From Eledone cirrhosa (Eukaryota), in contig OZ024750.1 in assembly GCA_964016885.1 (NCBI GenBank), positions 50,406,001 to 50,470,000 of the forward strand: 64,000 nt of DNA, written 5' to 3'. A model generated the notes under the pieces. That model did no database searches and was not told the DNA's origin. It saw only the letters and a program-made list of their open reading frames with translations. The first letter of the stretch is position 1, and each line of letters opens with the position of its first letter. This document shows, piece after piece, positions 26,445 to 41,885 of this stretch. The position numbers were made by a program, and so were the translations under genes.

Positions 26445-27519
26445 TATAGAGAGATAGATATAGATAGAGAAACTAGGTAGTTGAGCACCAGTTGAATGAC
26501 GTATCAATGATACATTTATTTATTTATTTATTTATTTAGCTCTAGTATTAATGTAAAGAGAGATATATGTGGTTAGGAGAGAAAAAAACAGCCGTTATAT
26601 AGAGAGAAAAGAAAAATAACCAGACATAAACGAGGCAGATTTAAAAACACTATGTTTCATTAATGTAGAAATATTAGTTCGTATAAAACAGGCATTATAA
26701 TGTAAATATCAGTATTCATGAATGAGACACGTATCTATAATGTGTGAAAAAATAATGATCATATGTCTAGTTAAAAAATTCATATGTTAATATCATAGTT
26801 GAGATAAAATAGAAGGTTATCCCGGATTCAAAACTATAAACATCGATGTGAATTTACGTGATCAGCTCTGCAAATTCCTATATCACACGAAAACATTCTC
26901 ATTGTGCTATAAAAATTCTAGTATACATATATGTGTATTTACACACATATATATATAGAGTCTATATTAATTTTAACAATACTATTCTTGTCTTTACTCT
27001 ACATGATTATCGATCAGGCAGAGATAGAGAACAGATTTCAATATATTAATAAATTAATAAAAATATATTAATAAATTAATAATAATATCAGAAACAAAAA
27101 ATAAATAAACAGAAAACTAAATATTAAAAATAAATATTAAAAATAAAAATATTAAAAATATTAAAAATAAAACATAGTATGCCCCGCAAATCCACCACAG
27201 AGATCAACCCTTCAAAGTTAATTGACAATATATTGCCAAGTTCATTATAAGCATCAGAATCAAAACAAATAAAACCAAAAATGATTTACCAAATCCTGTC
27301 TAGCAGAGAACATTCCAAAAGTTTAGGATACCCATTTGGTCTACAGATGTTCTTATATTTAATATAGAAGTTTATCTAGTGTAAAATTTATTCGATATAT
27401 TTGGAGCATCAGCTTTTAGGGTAGTGTAATTATTCATGAAGAATGTTTAAAATAAAAAAGAAGAAATCGAAAGATTTATCGGCGAGTATCATAAATAATT
27501 ACAAATCAAACTAAATATA

Positions 27520-27900
27520 CTACATTTTAAATTTAAATTTATATTTAAAAGTTGAGTTCAATCTATGTCTGCAGCAACTGAATAAATTTGTCCGTAGATT
27601 AAGGGAATTTTTAGATTTTAGTATAAAGAATATCTCCTCCGCGCAGAGGTCACATGTCTCAGAGGATGAATTAAAAGGAATCCCTCTTGAGACTATATTC
27701 CAAGCCGTTGAATATCTAACGTTATCATGCCTAAGTTGCCAGAGTACGCCCGATAGTGCTGTTGAAGATTTTTTGCTTGGATCTGTGAAAGAATTCTTGT
27801 GGTTATTATAGCGAAGTTTAAATTCCGTCGATGTGGAACCAACGTAGTTAAAAGAATTAAAGTCCGTTTTAACATTACAGTTGTATATTATATTTTTAAC
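27520..27900 (-). mobile_element. Penelope-like GIY-YIG C-terminal fragment
   Basis: TCDLCAEEIFFILKSKNSLNLRTNLFSCCRHR, same motif order as 21.3-21.45 kb. Confidence 0.7.
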
Positions 27901-28239
27901 TAAGCAATTGTTATTTAACGGACATTTAGATCTATCTCTACAGTTACATTTGTTAACTTGGATATTATTTATGCTATTAACGCTAGGTTTTAAGTTCCTA
28001 TTATTTATTCTATTAATATTTTGTGCTAAATTTTTGGTGGATGAGTAGGTTAATTTTATAGTATGTCTAAGAGAAAAGATTTAACTATCTGTGTTTACAC
28101 AGCAAATGAAAATCTGCGAATGACACACATCGTACCAGCTTCATCCCAGTGGCGTGAATAGGATTATCGACAACTAGAAATAGCAGCCGAGTCCTTTCAA
28201 CTGAGTTAGCTCTACAATTAAGTGGCCGTATATATATCT

Positions 28240-28509
28240 AAAATTAAATTAAGGGTGTCACACCCCTTATTGAAAATCCGGAATTTGGCTACTGTGATTT
28301 ACCGATCGATTGATGGTGAAATATATTTCTCTAATGAAATATATACAAGGAAGATTAATCATTTTAAAAGGTATCTATATTAAAGTTCTAGTTAAACTTT
28401 AATTAGTTACCTGCCTAGCTGCGTGTGCTTACACACTTTTACAAATTATCCCCTGTGATTATTTCATATGTTTATTTTAGATATATTTATATATGTCAAT
28501 CAATGTCTA

Positions 28510-28543
<34 letters not shown>

Positions 28544-28808
28544 ACTAGAAATTGATTGACATATACATAAATCTAAAATAAACATGTGAAACAATCACAG
28601 GGATAATTTGTAGAAGTGTGTAAGCACCCACAGCTATGTAGCTATCCCCTGAGATTGTTTCATATGATTATTTTAGATATATTTATATGTCAATCAATTT
28701 ATAGTTGATATAAAATGCTCGGATCTATTCATTGGAATCTTGGAGCATATTTTACGGGTGATATGGCGCATGTCTATCTGACATGACACCCTTAATTTAA
28801 CTTAATTT

Positions 28809-28812
<4 letters not shown>
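28240..28812. repeat. Nested inverted-repeat structure centred on (TA)n, with outer inverted termini
   Basis: 28415-28511 / 28543-28635 inverted around (TA)n, third partial copy 28644-28710; aaattaagggtgtca (28246) / tgacacccttaattt (28784). Confidence 0.7.
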
Positions 28813-28869
<57 letters not shown>

Positions 28870-28887
28870 ATTTATATCTATATCTCT

Positions 28888-29218
28888 ATATTGTGTACCC
28901 TCGGCGTTCGCGGTCCCGGTTATTCTTAGAACTAATAATTGTTCGTAGAAACTACCACATATTCGCGGAATCGTAAATATCTTCCGCGATATTTTATGCT
29001 TTTTTGCATGGCAATATATATTTCTAAACGCTAAATTATAGAAAACGATATATCGTATTTCCCGGCCTATTCGACACCTCTTCTTTTTTTTTATATATAT
29101 TTTCTTTGTTTTGAAATTTATAGGCATTTTTATGGACCACGTCTAATATTCGCGGTTTTTCACCCTTCGCGAGTGCTCTAGGGACATAACCTCCACGAAT
29201 ACCGGGCGACAACTGTGT
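28888..29218. mobile_element. Tigger/pogo-like MITE, degenerate TIRs
   Basis: tgtgtaccctcggcgttcgcgg ... ccacgaataccgggcgacaactgtg, TA context. Confidence 0.6.
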
Positions 29219-29585
29219 ATATATTATATATATATATGTGTATCTGGGTGGGTGGGGTTTATTTGCATTTGTGTGTGTGTTTGTGTGTGTGTATTCATGT
29301 GTGTATATGTGTGTTTCTGTAATAACATACCAGCATACAGATTTATTAAAATCCTGCGGTTGTGAATAAATCACTTTACAGAAATATATTTAAACGTTGT
29401 TTATTGTCTTCTCATATATTGTCATATTTGGGAATGTGTACATATATATGCCCCCCCCCCCACACACACATACGCACACACTTATACCCACACACACATA
29501 CACACACATATACACGCACATTTACACGCACACGCACAGACACACACATATATATATATGTGATATACATGTGTGTGTATATATA

Positions 29586-29621
<36 letters not shown>

Positions 29622-29637
29622 GTATCTATATATATAT

Positions 29638-30614
29638 GTAAGTATGCTTTGAAAAAGTGAGCGAGTTTGTAATTGGAAATATAAGCTTTCACCGTATTTT
29701 TGACTAAATATAGTGGGGTTTAGAACCCTCAGGGTTTCCTCAGAGAAATGGAAAATGATGAGTATTGACGTACATGGTAGTCGAACCCACATCGTTGGTT
29801 ATCCAGACCACTGTGCTACCATTACACCAACACATCACCCATCTCCTTCCATTCAAATTAAAAGCTACATTCTTAGTAAGTAAATGACAAGTAAGTATGT
29901 TTTGAGACAGTGAGCTAATTTGACATTAGAAATATAAGCTTTCACCGTATATTTGACTAAAGAACATTTTTTTCAGCCTGATAGTGGCGTTTAGAACCCT
30001 CAGAGAAATGGAAAAAGATGAGTATTTGCTAGAAAAACTATCAACGAAAAAAAAAAAACGAAGGAAACGAAATTCGGTGTGTATCCGAAGCCCAGTAGAC
30101 AGTGGAAGCAATAAATGGAGCTCTGAGTGAGGGTGGGGTATATATTTTGTTGACAACCACTTTAAGACAACAACGACAACAACAATAACGACGATAACAG
30201 CAAAACACCGACCAAATGTTTTCCACACTGGCCGCATCAGTCGCAGTGATATTACTACCCTACTCACAACAACAACGAAAGCAACAGCTACAGTAAACAG
30301 TTACAACAACAACAATAGCAACAACGACAACAACAGCAAAAAGACAGACCAGCGACGTGTACACAGGCCGTAGCAGTTGTAATGACGGTATAACCCTGTC
30401 GACAATAACAACGATAACGCCAAAGCGATAGAAAGCTGTTCAGAGGTAGGTGGGTACACAGGTGGTATCAATCCCCATGACCATATATAGCAACAACAAC
30501 AATATTAACGCCAACAAACATTAACACCGCCCATCACCTACCCAGTTCGTCATAATAGTGGTGCTATCATTTATATTAGCATCGGTTTTGATTATTCAAT
30601 TCCAGTATTGGCAG

Positions 30615-30682
<68 letters not shown>

Positions 30683-30800
30683 GTAAGTATGTTTTGAAAC
30701 AGTGAGCTAGTTTGACATTAGAAATATAAGCTTTCACCGTATTTTTGACTAAAGAAAATTTATTTTAGCCTGATAGTGGCGTTTAGAACCCTCAGAGAAG
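29638..30800 (+). repeat. Local ~115-bp repeat in three copies (29638, 29891, 30683)
   Basis: gtaagtatg..gaaatataagctttcaccgtat..tagaaccctcag shared. Confidence 0.75.
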
Positions 30801-31450
30801 GACTAACTTTATTCATATGTAACCCATTAGCAACCACGCAGCACGTTTATTCTCATATTTAAACATATTTTTTCCTCCGCTGTGACCCGTCTATTTCGTT
30901 CTTACTGCTTCCTCTTTCTCTGTATCTTTACCCTCTCTAACAGTCACTCTCTCTGTTAGCCTCTTCCTTACCCTTCACTCACTCACTCTCTGTTACTACC
31001 TCTCTTACTCATCCTTCTTCCCGTTTGACCTGTGCGTAATTCTTTTCTTTCGCACCCTTGGTCAGGCAGGTTCGCTTTTTTTCTCTCTCTTGTCTACGAT
31101 TTCACAGAACTTATGTTCACCGAATTCACAGACTAGATTCCTTCTTCCTCCCGCTAGACCTGTACGGAATTCCTTCCTTGCTCACATTCCAACCAGGTTT
31201 GATGGTCTTTATTCTCTCTCGTTCACGATTTCACCGAACTTATATTCATGGAAATTTGGGACTTGACTCATTCTTCCTCACTTTTCGTTGCTGCTTCACC
31301 ATCTTTGTTTGTTTATACTCTCGTTTCCCTTTTATTTACGTGTCCTAACGACTTATTTAGCCGTTGCTCGCACCAACCGGAGGTATATGGTCTTTAAAGC
31401 GATGAAATACCAATGATGGTTGGAAGATCACTGATGAAGGACTAACTTTA

Positions 31451-31492
<42 letters not shown>

Positions 31493-31813
31493 AAACTAAC
31501 AGAGAACGAAATAACATTTCGGACAAAAATATAAACTTTCTTCTTTAATTATGTATGTAAAAACTAAATGCTTTATTTGTCCGTTTTATTATTATTCGTA
31601 TAACTATGCAATTTAACTGCACTATACACCTCGTCGTTGAAAAAGCACACTGAAACCGGTACACGATTAAATGCGGAAATCCCTACTTTATAAATAGTTT
31701 TTGATATAGTGAAAAAACACATCCAGCATTTTCTACTGTATATTTTTTTACTCTCTACTATTTGTTTATATTTATATATATACATATATCTATATATATA
31801 CACACACACACGC

Positions 31814-31858
<45 letters not shown>

Positions 31859-32013
31859 TATATATATATATATGTCTGTGTGTGAGTGTCCTAATTTTTG
31901 CATTTATATATTCCCTGCCGTCTAAAGATATTAACTGCAGCTTTTATGTATCTCTCTGTCTTAGCCTGTCTTTTTAGATAGATACACTGCAATAACGTCG
32001 CACCCTTACAATA

Positions 32014-33018
32014 TCTGTATGTATGTCTGGCTGTCTGCATTACGAAATTATGACAAACATTGTTCTCATTTGTGACGTATTATCTTCGCTTTTTTCCGTT
32101 CATTGTCAGGGAACGTATTCACGTACCAAAGGATCGTCTTCCTGTTTTCCTTCGGTTGCAACGTTTTTTCAAAATATTTACTTCTACGTTCACAGATTGA
32201 TGATTTTCGTTTCAGAATATACCGTTAAGTTTGAAAGAACACGTTGTAAGCAATGTCAATGTTACTGTTGCTACACAGGACTCCCATTACCACTGAACTT
32301 TCACCTTTGCGTTCTACATTTCTATCCGCAGGCCAACATGGGATGGTCTTCCTAGTAGTCAGTTTATTGAGGGAGAAACAGAAGGGTTTCGAATTTGCCG
32401 TCCAAAAAACCCATTGACAATAACGAAAACCGCTAACATCAACCCGTCTTTTATAATAAACTTCTTGCCAATAAACATTAACACCTTTTCATAACAATAC
32501 CGAACAACGTACTGCTGGTCACTCCTTCCTCCAAAAGCCGTACAAAGCAGACATGTGCATCGGGCAGATGAATCGAGTGCAAATCTACACCAGGCCTACG
32601 CGAGAAATTCGCAAGGGACTGCAACGAGAGGGATAGGGAGAAAGAGTAACCTAGTGAAAAGAGTGCGAATGAAGTTTTGAGGTAAGTAGCCTATGCCTTA
32701 TTGCTATGACACTGGAACCTTCTGCCAACTTAACCTGTGACTTTCTCTTTCACATTTACTCCAATAGGCCAAAACAGAGTGGAATCGCCGGGGGACAACT
32801 GTCACAGAAGAGGTATGAAAAGAAGGGGCTCAACAATATTTCTATGAACAATGCACGTAGACAGCTGTACTTTCAACATCTTAATTTTCTCCAAATAAAA
32901 CAAGTTTCCCGTCGGTATATTTTCATAAGTTTTTAACAGGCACTCACAAATAAACGTTTCTCATTGGATGTGCTATTACCAATGTTCATACCCGTGCAAC
33001 GCCGGGATACACTGCTAG
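32014..33018 (+). mobile_element. Probable non-autonomous Helitron
   Basis: 3' hairpin cccgtgcaacgccggg then CTAG|T at 33015-33019; 5' a|tc start is a guess. Confidence 0.55.
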
Positions 33019-33030
33019 TATATATATATA

Positions 33031-33087
<57 letters not shown>

Positions 33088-33090
<3 letters not shown>

Positions 33091-33369
33091 TAATCTCGGT
33101 CTTCCTCTTCTAGTGTGTCCATACAGGGGCTCCCAGAAGAGCACTGAGTGCAGTGTCAAATTTGGTTGTCGGTGAGCATGTCCAGCCAACCTCAGTCTCC
33201 TCTGTTTCACATTTGAGCTGACTTTGGGGAGGAAGACCGAGGTTAACTTATGTGGATTCCCTAAGGTCAGACACTGGTCTCTTGTAGACGCAAGACATGG
33301 CAGCGATAATGAGAGACAGAGACAGCTGGAGAAAACTCGTCCTTGGATCTCGGGAATCTAACCCGCCCT

Positions 33370-33370
<1 letters not shown>
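33088..33370. mobile_element. LINE 3' end with 5' inversion
   Basis: Minus 33088-33228 RRLRLAGHAHR..LFWEP..RGRPRLT; plus from 33228 [27 protein letters not shown]. Confidence 0.75.
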
Positions 33371-34115
<745 letters not shown>

Positions 34116-34548
34116 TCTCTGTGTGTGTGTCCGGATTTTAATACAAAACGGAAATAATCAATTTTTGCTTAGATTAGACGAGTATTGTTTTGTTGATTTG
34201 TCTTCCAATAATTAAATATCAGAATCTCATAAACATGTTATTTTCCGGGAGAATTGTCTTATAAAATGGCATTGAGTACATCTAAGAATTATATAGCAAT
34301 TCAGTCCTATTTTTCATAAAAGAAACTCACTAATTATATTCTTATAAAAAGCTATTATTCAAGATATAAACACCTCTCTTTATCTATTCATCGTTAGATT
34401 TTGCAAAATTGAGATTAATAACTATGGCTAAATATATATTTTTTGGAATAAACATTATATTCCGGAGATTTTCAAAACAGCGTATATCGTTTGACAGTAA
34501 CTATTTACAGTAATATGTGAGTATGTAGAGAAACGTATGCATAGAATT

Positions 34549-34600
<52 letters not shown>

Positions 34601-34638
34601 CTGGTAAATGGAATAATTGCCTTATGTTGTTTATTACA

Positions 34639-34676
<38 letters not shown>

Positions 34677-34908
34677 TGTGTGTGCGTGTGCGCGTGTGTA
34701 AGTGTGTGTGTGTATGTATTACATATTAACATGCATATGTGTGTAAAATATAAGCAAATTGTGTATAATCTAACTAATAATTCCCTATATTTTTGAATAT
34801 ATTTCATTTTATAAATGTAACTCGTTGAATATGTAATTATTTTATAATATTCATATACAACAATTTCATATAATTGAAGCATGTATCGACAAGCATACAC
34901 CAATACAT

Positions 34909-34940
<32 letters not shown>

Positions 34941-35287
34941 GTGTGTGTGTGTATGTGTGTGTGTGTGTACATATACATATAATATATAGATATATAGATA
35001 TATATAATATATACATACATATATATATATGAAAATAACTATATATAGATATATATAATATATACATACATATATGTTATGAACATGTGTTTATTACTAG
35101 CTTCATATTTTCAATTTCACAGCAGCTGAAAATTCTTGAATGTATTGCCGTGAAAACATAATATTGATATGTTTAAAATCAAAACAGAAAGGAAAACCAC
35201 ATCTGCTGCTTCAATAGATATGTTTTAAAACATTTAACTTCATATATATATATAATTTAACCCCAACCCCTCTCTCTCGCTCTCTCT

Positions 35288-35324
<37 letters not shown>

Positions 35325-35330
<6 letters not shown>

Positions 35331-35480
35331 TTCAAAATATTAACAAAATAGATATTATTGTGATCAAGTATATTTTATTATACATATTTCAGAGTTACTG
35401 AGTTAACTTCAACAGACGTCATCATCAGATAAAATAAGATGATGCATGACATATCCTGACATAGTAGATGGTTAAGATTC
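35325..35480 (-). mobile_element. HHR element family B; HHR 35371-35436
   Basis: tattttat CTGATGA tgacgtctg..cagtaactct GAAA tatgta TA ataaaata. Confidence 0.75.
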
Positions 35481-35598
35481 AGTCATGGTAGTTTGAATTA
35501 ATATTAATTACTCTGGAAAACCAAAATTTATTGAGTGCTTCCAATCTATTGTAAAACTCATCCTTTGATTTATTCATTGAACCTTGTTTAATTTCGAA

Positions 35599-35629
<31 letters not shown>

Positions 35630-35665
35630 CATATATATATACACATACATATGTATGTATATATG

Positions 35666-35727
<62 letters not shown>

Positions 35728-35955
35728 GAGCGTAGACGGAATATCTGTCACTTTCCTGTTGATCAAATAATTCTCATATTTCATGATTATATAAAAGTTT
35801 TATTTATTTAATTGACAGTGAGTATATATTATATTTAAAACTAAAGTGAATACTTAACTCTAAAATAAATATTTCACATGTTATGTTGCCTGCTGTAGAA
35901 AACCTATTACGTCTATAAATTCAAATAGATTTTTGTATTGTAAATATTACACTAC

Positions 35956-35995
35956 TCTTCGCTGATGAGGTCAAATAAACCGAAACATATATATA
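35956..35995 (+). ncRNA. Truncated HHR (core + stem II, 3' part lost in (TA)n)
   Basis: CTGATGA ggt caaataa acc GAAA catatata. Confidence 0.5.
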
Positions 35996-36294
35996 TAAAC
36001 ATGTGTGTGCGTGTATGTATTATGTATGTATGTATGTTTGTATGTATGTGTATATATATAAATAAATTGAATATATGAAATATAATCAAATTAACAACCT
36101 ATCTACATATATGTGATATATGAAAAGTATAAAGTTGTTGCAATTCAACATATTTCAACATTGGATCTTTTATATTTTTCATTGAACAGATGACACATTA
36201 TTTTTTCACTCGTTTTCTTAACAATCCCAAATATTTACAAAAGTTTGAGCAAACGCTAAACATTGAATTTTGGATTAAATCCACAACTGAATAA

Positions 36295-36383
<89 letters not shown>

Positions 36384-36557
36384 TTCTCTATCTATCTATC
36401 TATCTATATATCTCTCATTCTTTCTCTATCTGTTTCTCTCTATCGTAATATGTATCTCTCTCACTCCAATCTCTCTCTTACTCATATATATATATATATA
36501 TATATATATAAATTCAAAGGAATATATGTATCTAATTAGACATAGTCACATACATAT

Positions 36558-36908
36558 ACTAGACCTGAAAAATGCGCAAGCTCAAAAGAGCCACAGAATG
36601 TTATAATAAACCTTCAAAAGTGTGGGACTAGAGTTGCTGCTCAAAAATATTGTAATCATTATCTATTGTACACTCTGTGGCATCCTTTTATAAAAAAAAG
36701 ACTCATAACGAACTCAAGACGATACGATCATTATTTAAGCCAATGTTCAATATCTCATATTAGATGTTTAGTAATGATTAATACGAAAGGACTTAAACCG
36801 AATTCTATATTATAAATTCACTTAGATAATTATCGTGTCGTCTTGAGTTCGTTATGAGTCTCTTTTTTTTATAAAAGGATTGACCTTGCGCATTTTTCAG
36901 GTCTAGTT
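36558..36908. repeat. Foldback with internal deletion in one arm
   Basis: actagacctgaaaaatgcgcaag..atccttttataaaaaaaagactcataacgaactcaagacg / reverse complement 36834-36907. Confidence 0.75.
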
Positions 36909-37735
36909 TAATATTTTTTTAAGGCAATTCTTGTAATAACTCTAGTTAAACATGATATATATTAATAATAAATTATCGTTGTAATGTAATTAGATTATAT
37001 AATTGTTATTTTATAAATGATCTTATAAATATTATTGTAAGATGTATAAAAATATTTTCAGACTTTTAATATAAACAACTACAAAAAACAATCAATATTA
37101 AATAAATATATTTTACATAATAATTGTTATAGTTGAATTAATAAAAATTAAATATTACATAAAAATAATCTAACATAATAATAAAAGAATAATCTAACAT
37201 AATAATAAATAAAAGAATCTAACATAAAACGAACGATTATATGGACAAATATACAAGTAAATATGATACAACCAATATTATAAGCATGTTATAACGAACT
37301 GAAAAAGAAATAGTTAATATAAATTTAAAAAATCCTATATAAATTAACAATATAACTTACCAAAACGACAAAACTATTTTGATGATAAAACGACGAAATA
37401 CGAAGGAAGATTCGAAAGCGAAACGATAAATAAACGTGCAAACAAAGTGGCTGATGCTTTTGAGCAACAATTACTCTCATTGGTTGATTAGCCAATAAGA
37501 CGATGAAATTAGCCAATAAGACGATACATTACAAAAGATGTTTGGTAGGGATCACCAGGGCCAGCGAAACCCCTTGATTTTTTTATTCACAAGCTACGCA
37601 TACATGTCAGACATGCAGACTTAAAACATTCTGTTGTTAGTCATTGCGTGTCTAACAGATAAGTGTGGCTACCTTTCACGGTGTGGCTCAATGAAGAATT
37701 AATTAAGCAATTAATTATTAATCAGCGCTATATAT

Positions 37736-38084
37736 AAAATTGCAAGTTTTAAGAATTATTAGATAAAATATATATATTATTTCCCCTCCCTAGTCCGTAG
37801 AAATCAACCACATAAATAGTTATTTAAACAAGGCTATAAGTTTAAAATGTAACTATGTAGTTGATTATTTGTCTAGTCAATTTCTACGGGCTAAAAGGAA
37901 TGAGTAGATAAATTTTATCTGAGTGTCCCTCGCGGAAGATAGTCTGTATCATTTGACTATTATTTCTTCATAGTTATATTTTAAACCTATAGCTTCGTTT
38001 AAATAATTATTTATGTGGCTGATATCTACGGACTAGGGAGAGGAAATACTGTATATATTTTAACTAATAATTATTCAAACTTGC

Positions 38085-38090
<6 letters not shown>
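37736..38090. repeat. Foldback (arms ~120 bp) bounded by TA, possible degenerate large-loop HHR
   Basis: ttgcaagttt..ccctagtccgtaga..aactatg / catagtt..tctacggactaggg..aaacttgcaa. Confidence 0.7.
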
Positions 38091-38986
<896 letters not shown>

Positions 38987-39068
38987 TATATATATATATA
39001 TATATATATATCTTTCATAGTCCAGTCCATTTCTCTTCTCTCACTTTCTCTTTCTTTATCCTTTCCCC

Positions 39069-39175
<107 letters not shown>

Positions 39176-39219
39176 TCTCTCTATCAAGTAGATGGTATTT
39201 GTTAACTATAAATAACTTC

Positions 39220-39990
39220 ATTGAAATTGAATGATAATGGCTGCAGCGAATACTGACATTCATCTTCTCAAGGAAACCTTCACAGTGCACTGTACATGTG
39301 AATGGAGTTCCCATGAAGCAGGTAGAGAAGTTCAAGTATCGTGCAGCCATGGTCACGAGAGATGGAAGGAAGGAGGCTGAATTAATGGAAAAAAAAATGC
39401 AGGACCCTGTTCAGTATTGCACCAGCTTCTACATTCAGTAATCAAAAGAAGGGAAGGAGGCGTAAAAAGCCAAAATCGCTCTCTTCAATTGGGTATTCGT
39501 GCAAACCCTTACTTATTGTCATGTGTCTTGGGTAATAACCGATCTTAAATACAAGCGGCCGAAATGGGTTCCTCCAAAGAGTCTTTGTAGTATTGTTACT
39601 CGAAAAAGTGCGTAGCTCGGAAATCAGATAGTCACTCCAGGCAGTACCACTACTTCTCTGAATCATGCGATCACAGCTCCAACGCTATGCGCATGTGACT
39701 AGAGGGTTGAGACCTTCTAATCACATGCGCATAGTGTCGGAGCTGTGATCTCATGATTCGGAGAAATAATCGCTGGAGAGATTTTACAGGCAAAACCAAC
39801 CAGCAGGAGGCCCTGGAGTATATCCCGAGCAAGAATGTTGGATACCATCCATAAGGTTGTCTAGCTCGCTTAGAGATCCAGCCGGATCAGTTGAAAACGG
39901 TTGCTTCTGACAGGACACGCTTGAAGAAGTGTTTGAAGACTCTTCTCCCTGACCCTCTCGGGAATAAGATGTCGAAGAAGAAGAAAGGGC
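39220..39990 (+). mobile_element. RTE-like LINE 3' fragment with internal hairpin duplication (39654-39766)
   Basis: VHVNGVPMKQVEKFKY..; (GAA)n tail near 39975. Confidence 0.65.
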
Positions 39991-40244
39991 AGTATAAGTT
40001 GGAGTAGAAGGAGACATTTAATAACTTACTATTTGATTATTATATATATTTTCAGTATTTTAGTATTTTCATATTTTCAAACTACGTATATGCTTATTGC
40101 ATTGGATTTAAAAAGGATTTACTGTATTTAGAAAGACAGAGAAACATATAAAGCTAACAACAACGTAACATTACATTAGAAGATTGAGGAGTATACTTGT
40201 GATTAAAACAAGAGACGATACATAGGCAGTGTACTCACTCAACC

Positions 40245-40470
40245 AATATCATCATCATCATTCGTCGACTACTGTCGAGATGATGGATCTCACTCTCATG
40301 CCCCAGAATTCCCTGTCCCCCATCGCCGCCCCCAGGTCCTGTCTACTGATTCCCGTATCTCTAGAGATAACGTCAGGGAATGACAGCTTCCTACTCCTAG
40401 TCAGGCTGGAGTCAGGGTTCCAGAGCAAGATAGCGGATATGATTTCATTGCTGGCACTGGGTTAAGTAGT
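40245..40470 (-). mobile_element. LINE extreme 3' end with (GAT)n tail
   Basis: ILLWNPDS..RKLSFPDVISRDTGI..AMGDREFW. Confidence 0.6.
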
Positions 40471-41885
40471 CATTCGTTTTGAAGTTAAATCCTCAAATTT
40501 CGAGTCTGAAGATTTTATAAAAGAGAATTTTAAAAATGTAACCGACATTCGAAAATAAATTACACATGTAGAGAAAGAGAGGGAGAGGGAGAGAGGGGGG
40601 CAGTCATGCGCATACACACAGGCTCATATATACATACACAGACGTATACGCGTATTAAGATATATTCGCGCGCACATACACACATAAACATACATATATA
40701 TAAACTTATAGACAAATGTATACAAACCTCCACCCAGACGTATTCACAGACACAAACACATACATACACACGATCACACAGAAAATATGCACACACTTCC
40801 ACACACAAACATACACACAATTATAGAATCATGCAAACGCAGATACACACATGCAGAGATTTTGTAGATTGTATTAAGTTCCATACTGCAAAGTATTGGC
40901 AGGTTTTATGCAACGACATAATTCTGCTGATTAGAATTACATCAAATGTGATTTAATATGAAATATTTGCGTGCTTCTCTACATTTGGCCGGAACTCATA
41001 TTTCATTAGTCAGAAATACCGGTCTTATAGCGTGCATCATATAAAAGAACTTGCTATATATGATTGAAATGAGATCGATTGTTGCGTTCATTCAATTTTT
41101 ATTTCAGTCCTATGTCAAGTGAACATGGTACCACTAATGGTTCCTACTGGCTTGTATTTGAATGGCTATAATCTGTTCGTTAGTAACATTCCGGAATATT
41201 TTCCACCCTTCCTCCTACATAAATATCACTCTAAGTGACAGGGGAAATTTACAATGTAATTTCAGCTTTCCAAATTATTGATTTATCGACTAAAACCTTC
41301 CATTTGTAATAGTGTCACCCGAATTGTAAATAGCTTCTTGCATTGACTAACGTACTTTCGTTAATACTTTAAGTATCAAATTCTATTGACCTTTCTCTAT
41401 AACCTAATATCTGCAGATTGCAATCAGTGCAAGGATTTCAATAAGAGATTAACCTCTCGTGCACTCAATCATTTTAAGTGGAGTGCTGTACAAACGATTA
41501 TCTATCAGTAATTATGGGTGAAATTATTTCTATGAAAAAGTTCAATTCGATTGACTCACGATATGCATTGATTGTATTTTTCATTGTAATAATATTAACT
41601 AAACTTACATTCTAATTAAAAACTGATAATGGAAATATGCGTTAATAGTGTGTATTTAAAGTACAATGCTGGTAAATACATGACAACATTACTTCGCAGA
41701 TATGTTTCTAATCCTGAGTGAATTGATTTAATGGAGATTGTTAAATCCCACAGAGAAATATAGAAATATGCCGGTAGTTTATTAGTCCCACCGTATGAAT
41801 GCCTCACTCTAGCTTTTGGTGAAATACGTCACATTTCTTTAGAACCATTTAATGGAAATTATTATAGAAGTATATGGAGGAATGT

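Noticed and set aside
37545-37585. Helentron/HINE-like 3' palindrome before a T-run
   Set aside because: Matching 5' subterminal repeat not found
37905-38066. Large-loop HHR (CTGAGTG..ccctc/..GAAA)
   Set aside because: Core does not match CUGANGA; not counted among supported ribozymes
41108-41235. LRR-like VPTGLYLNGYNL after a plus-strand acceptor
   Set aside because: Single weak motif, no partner exons
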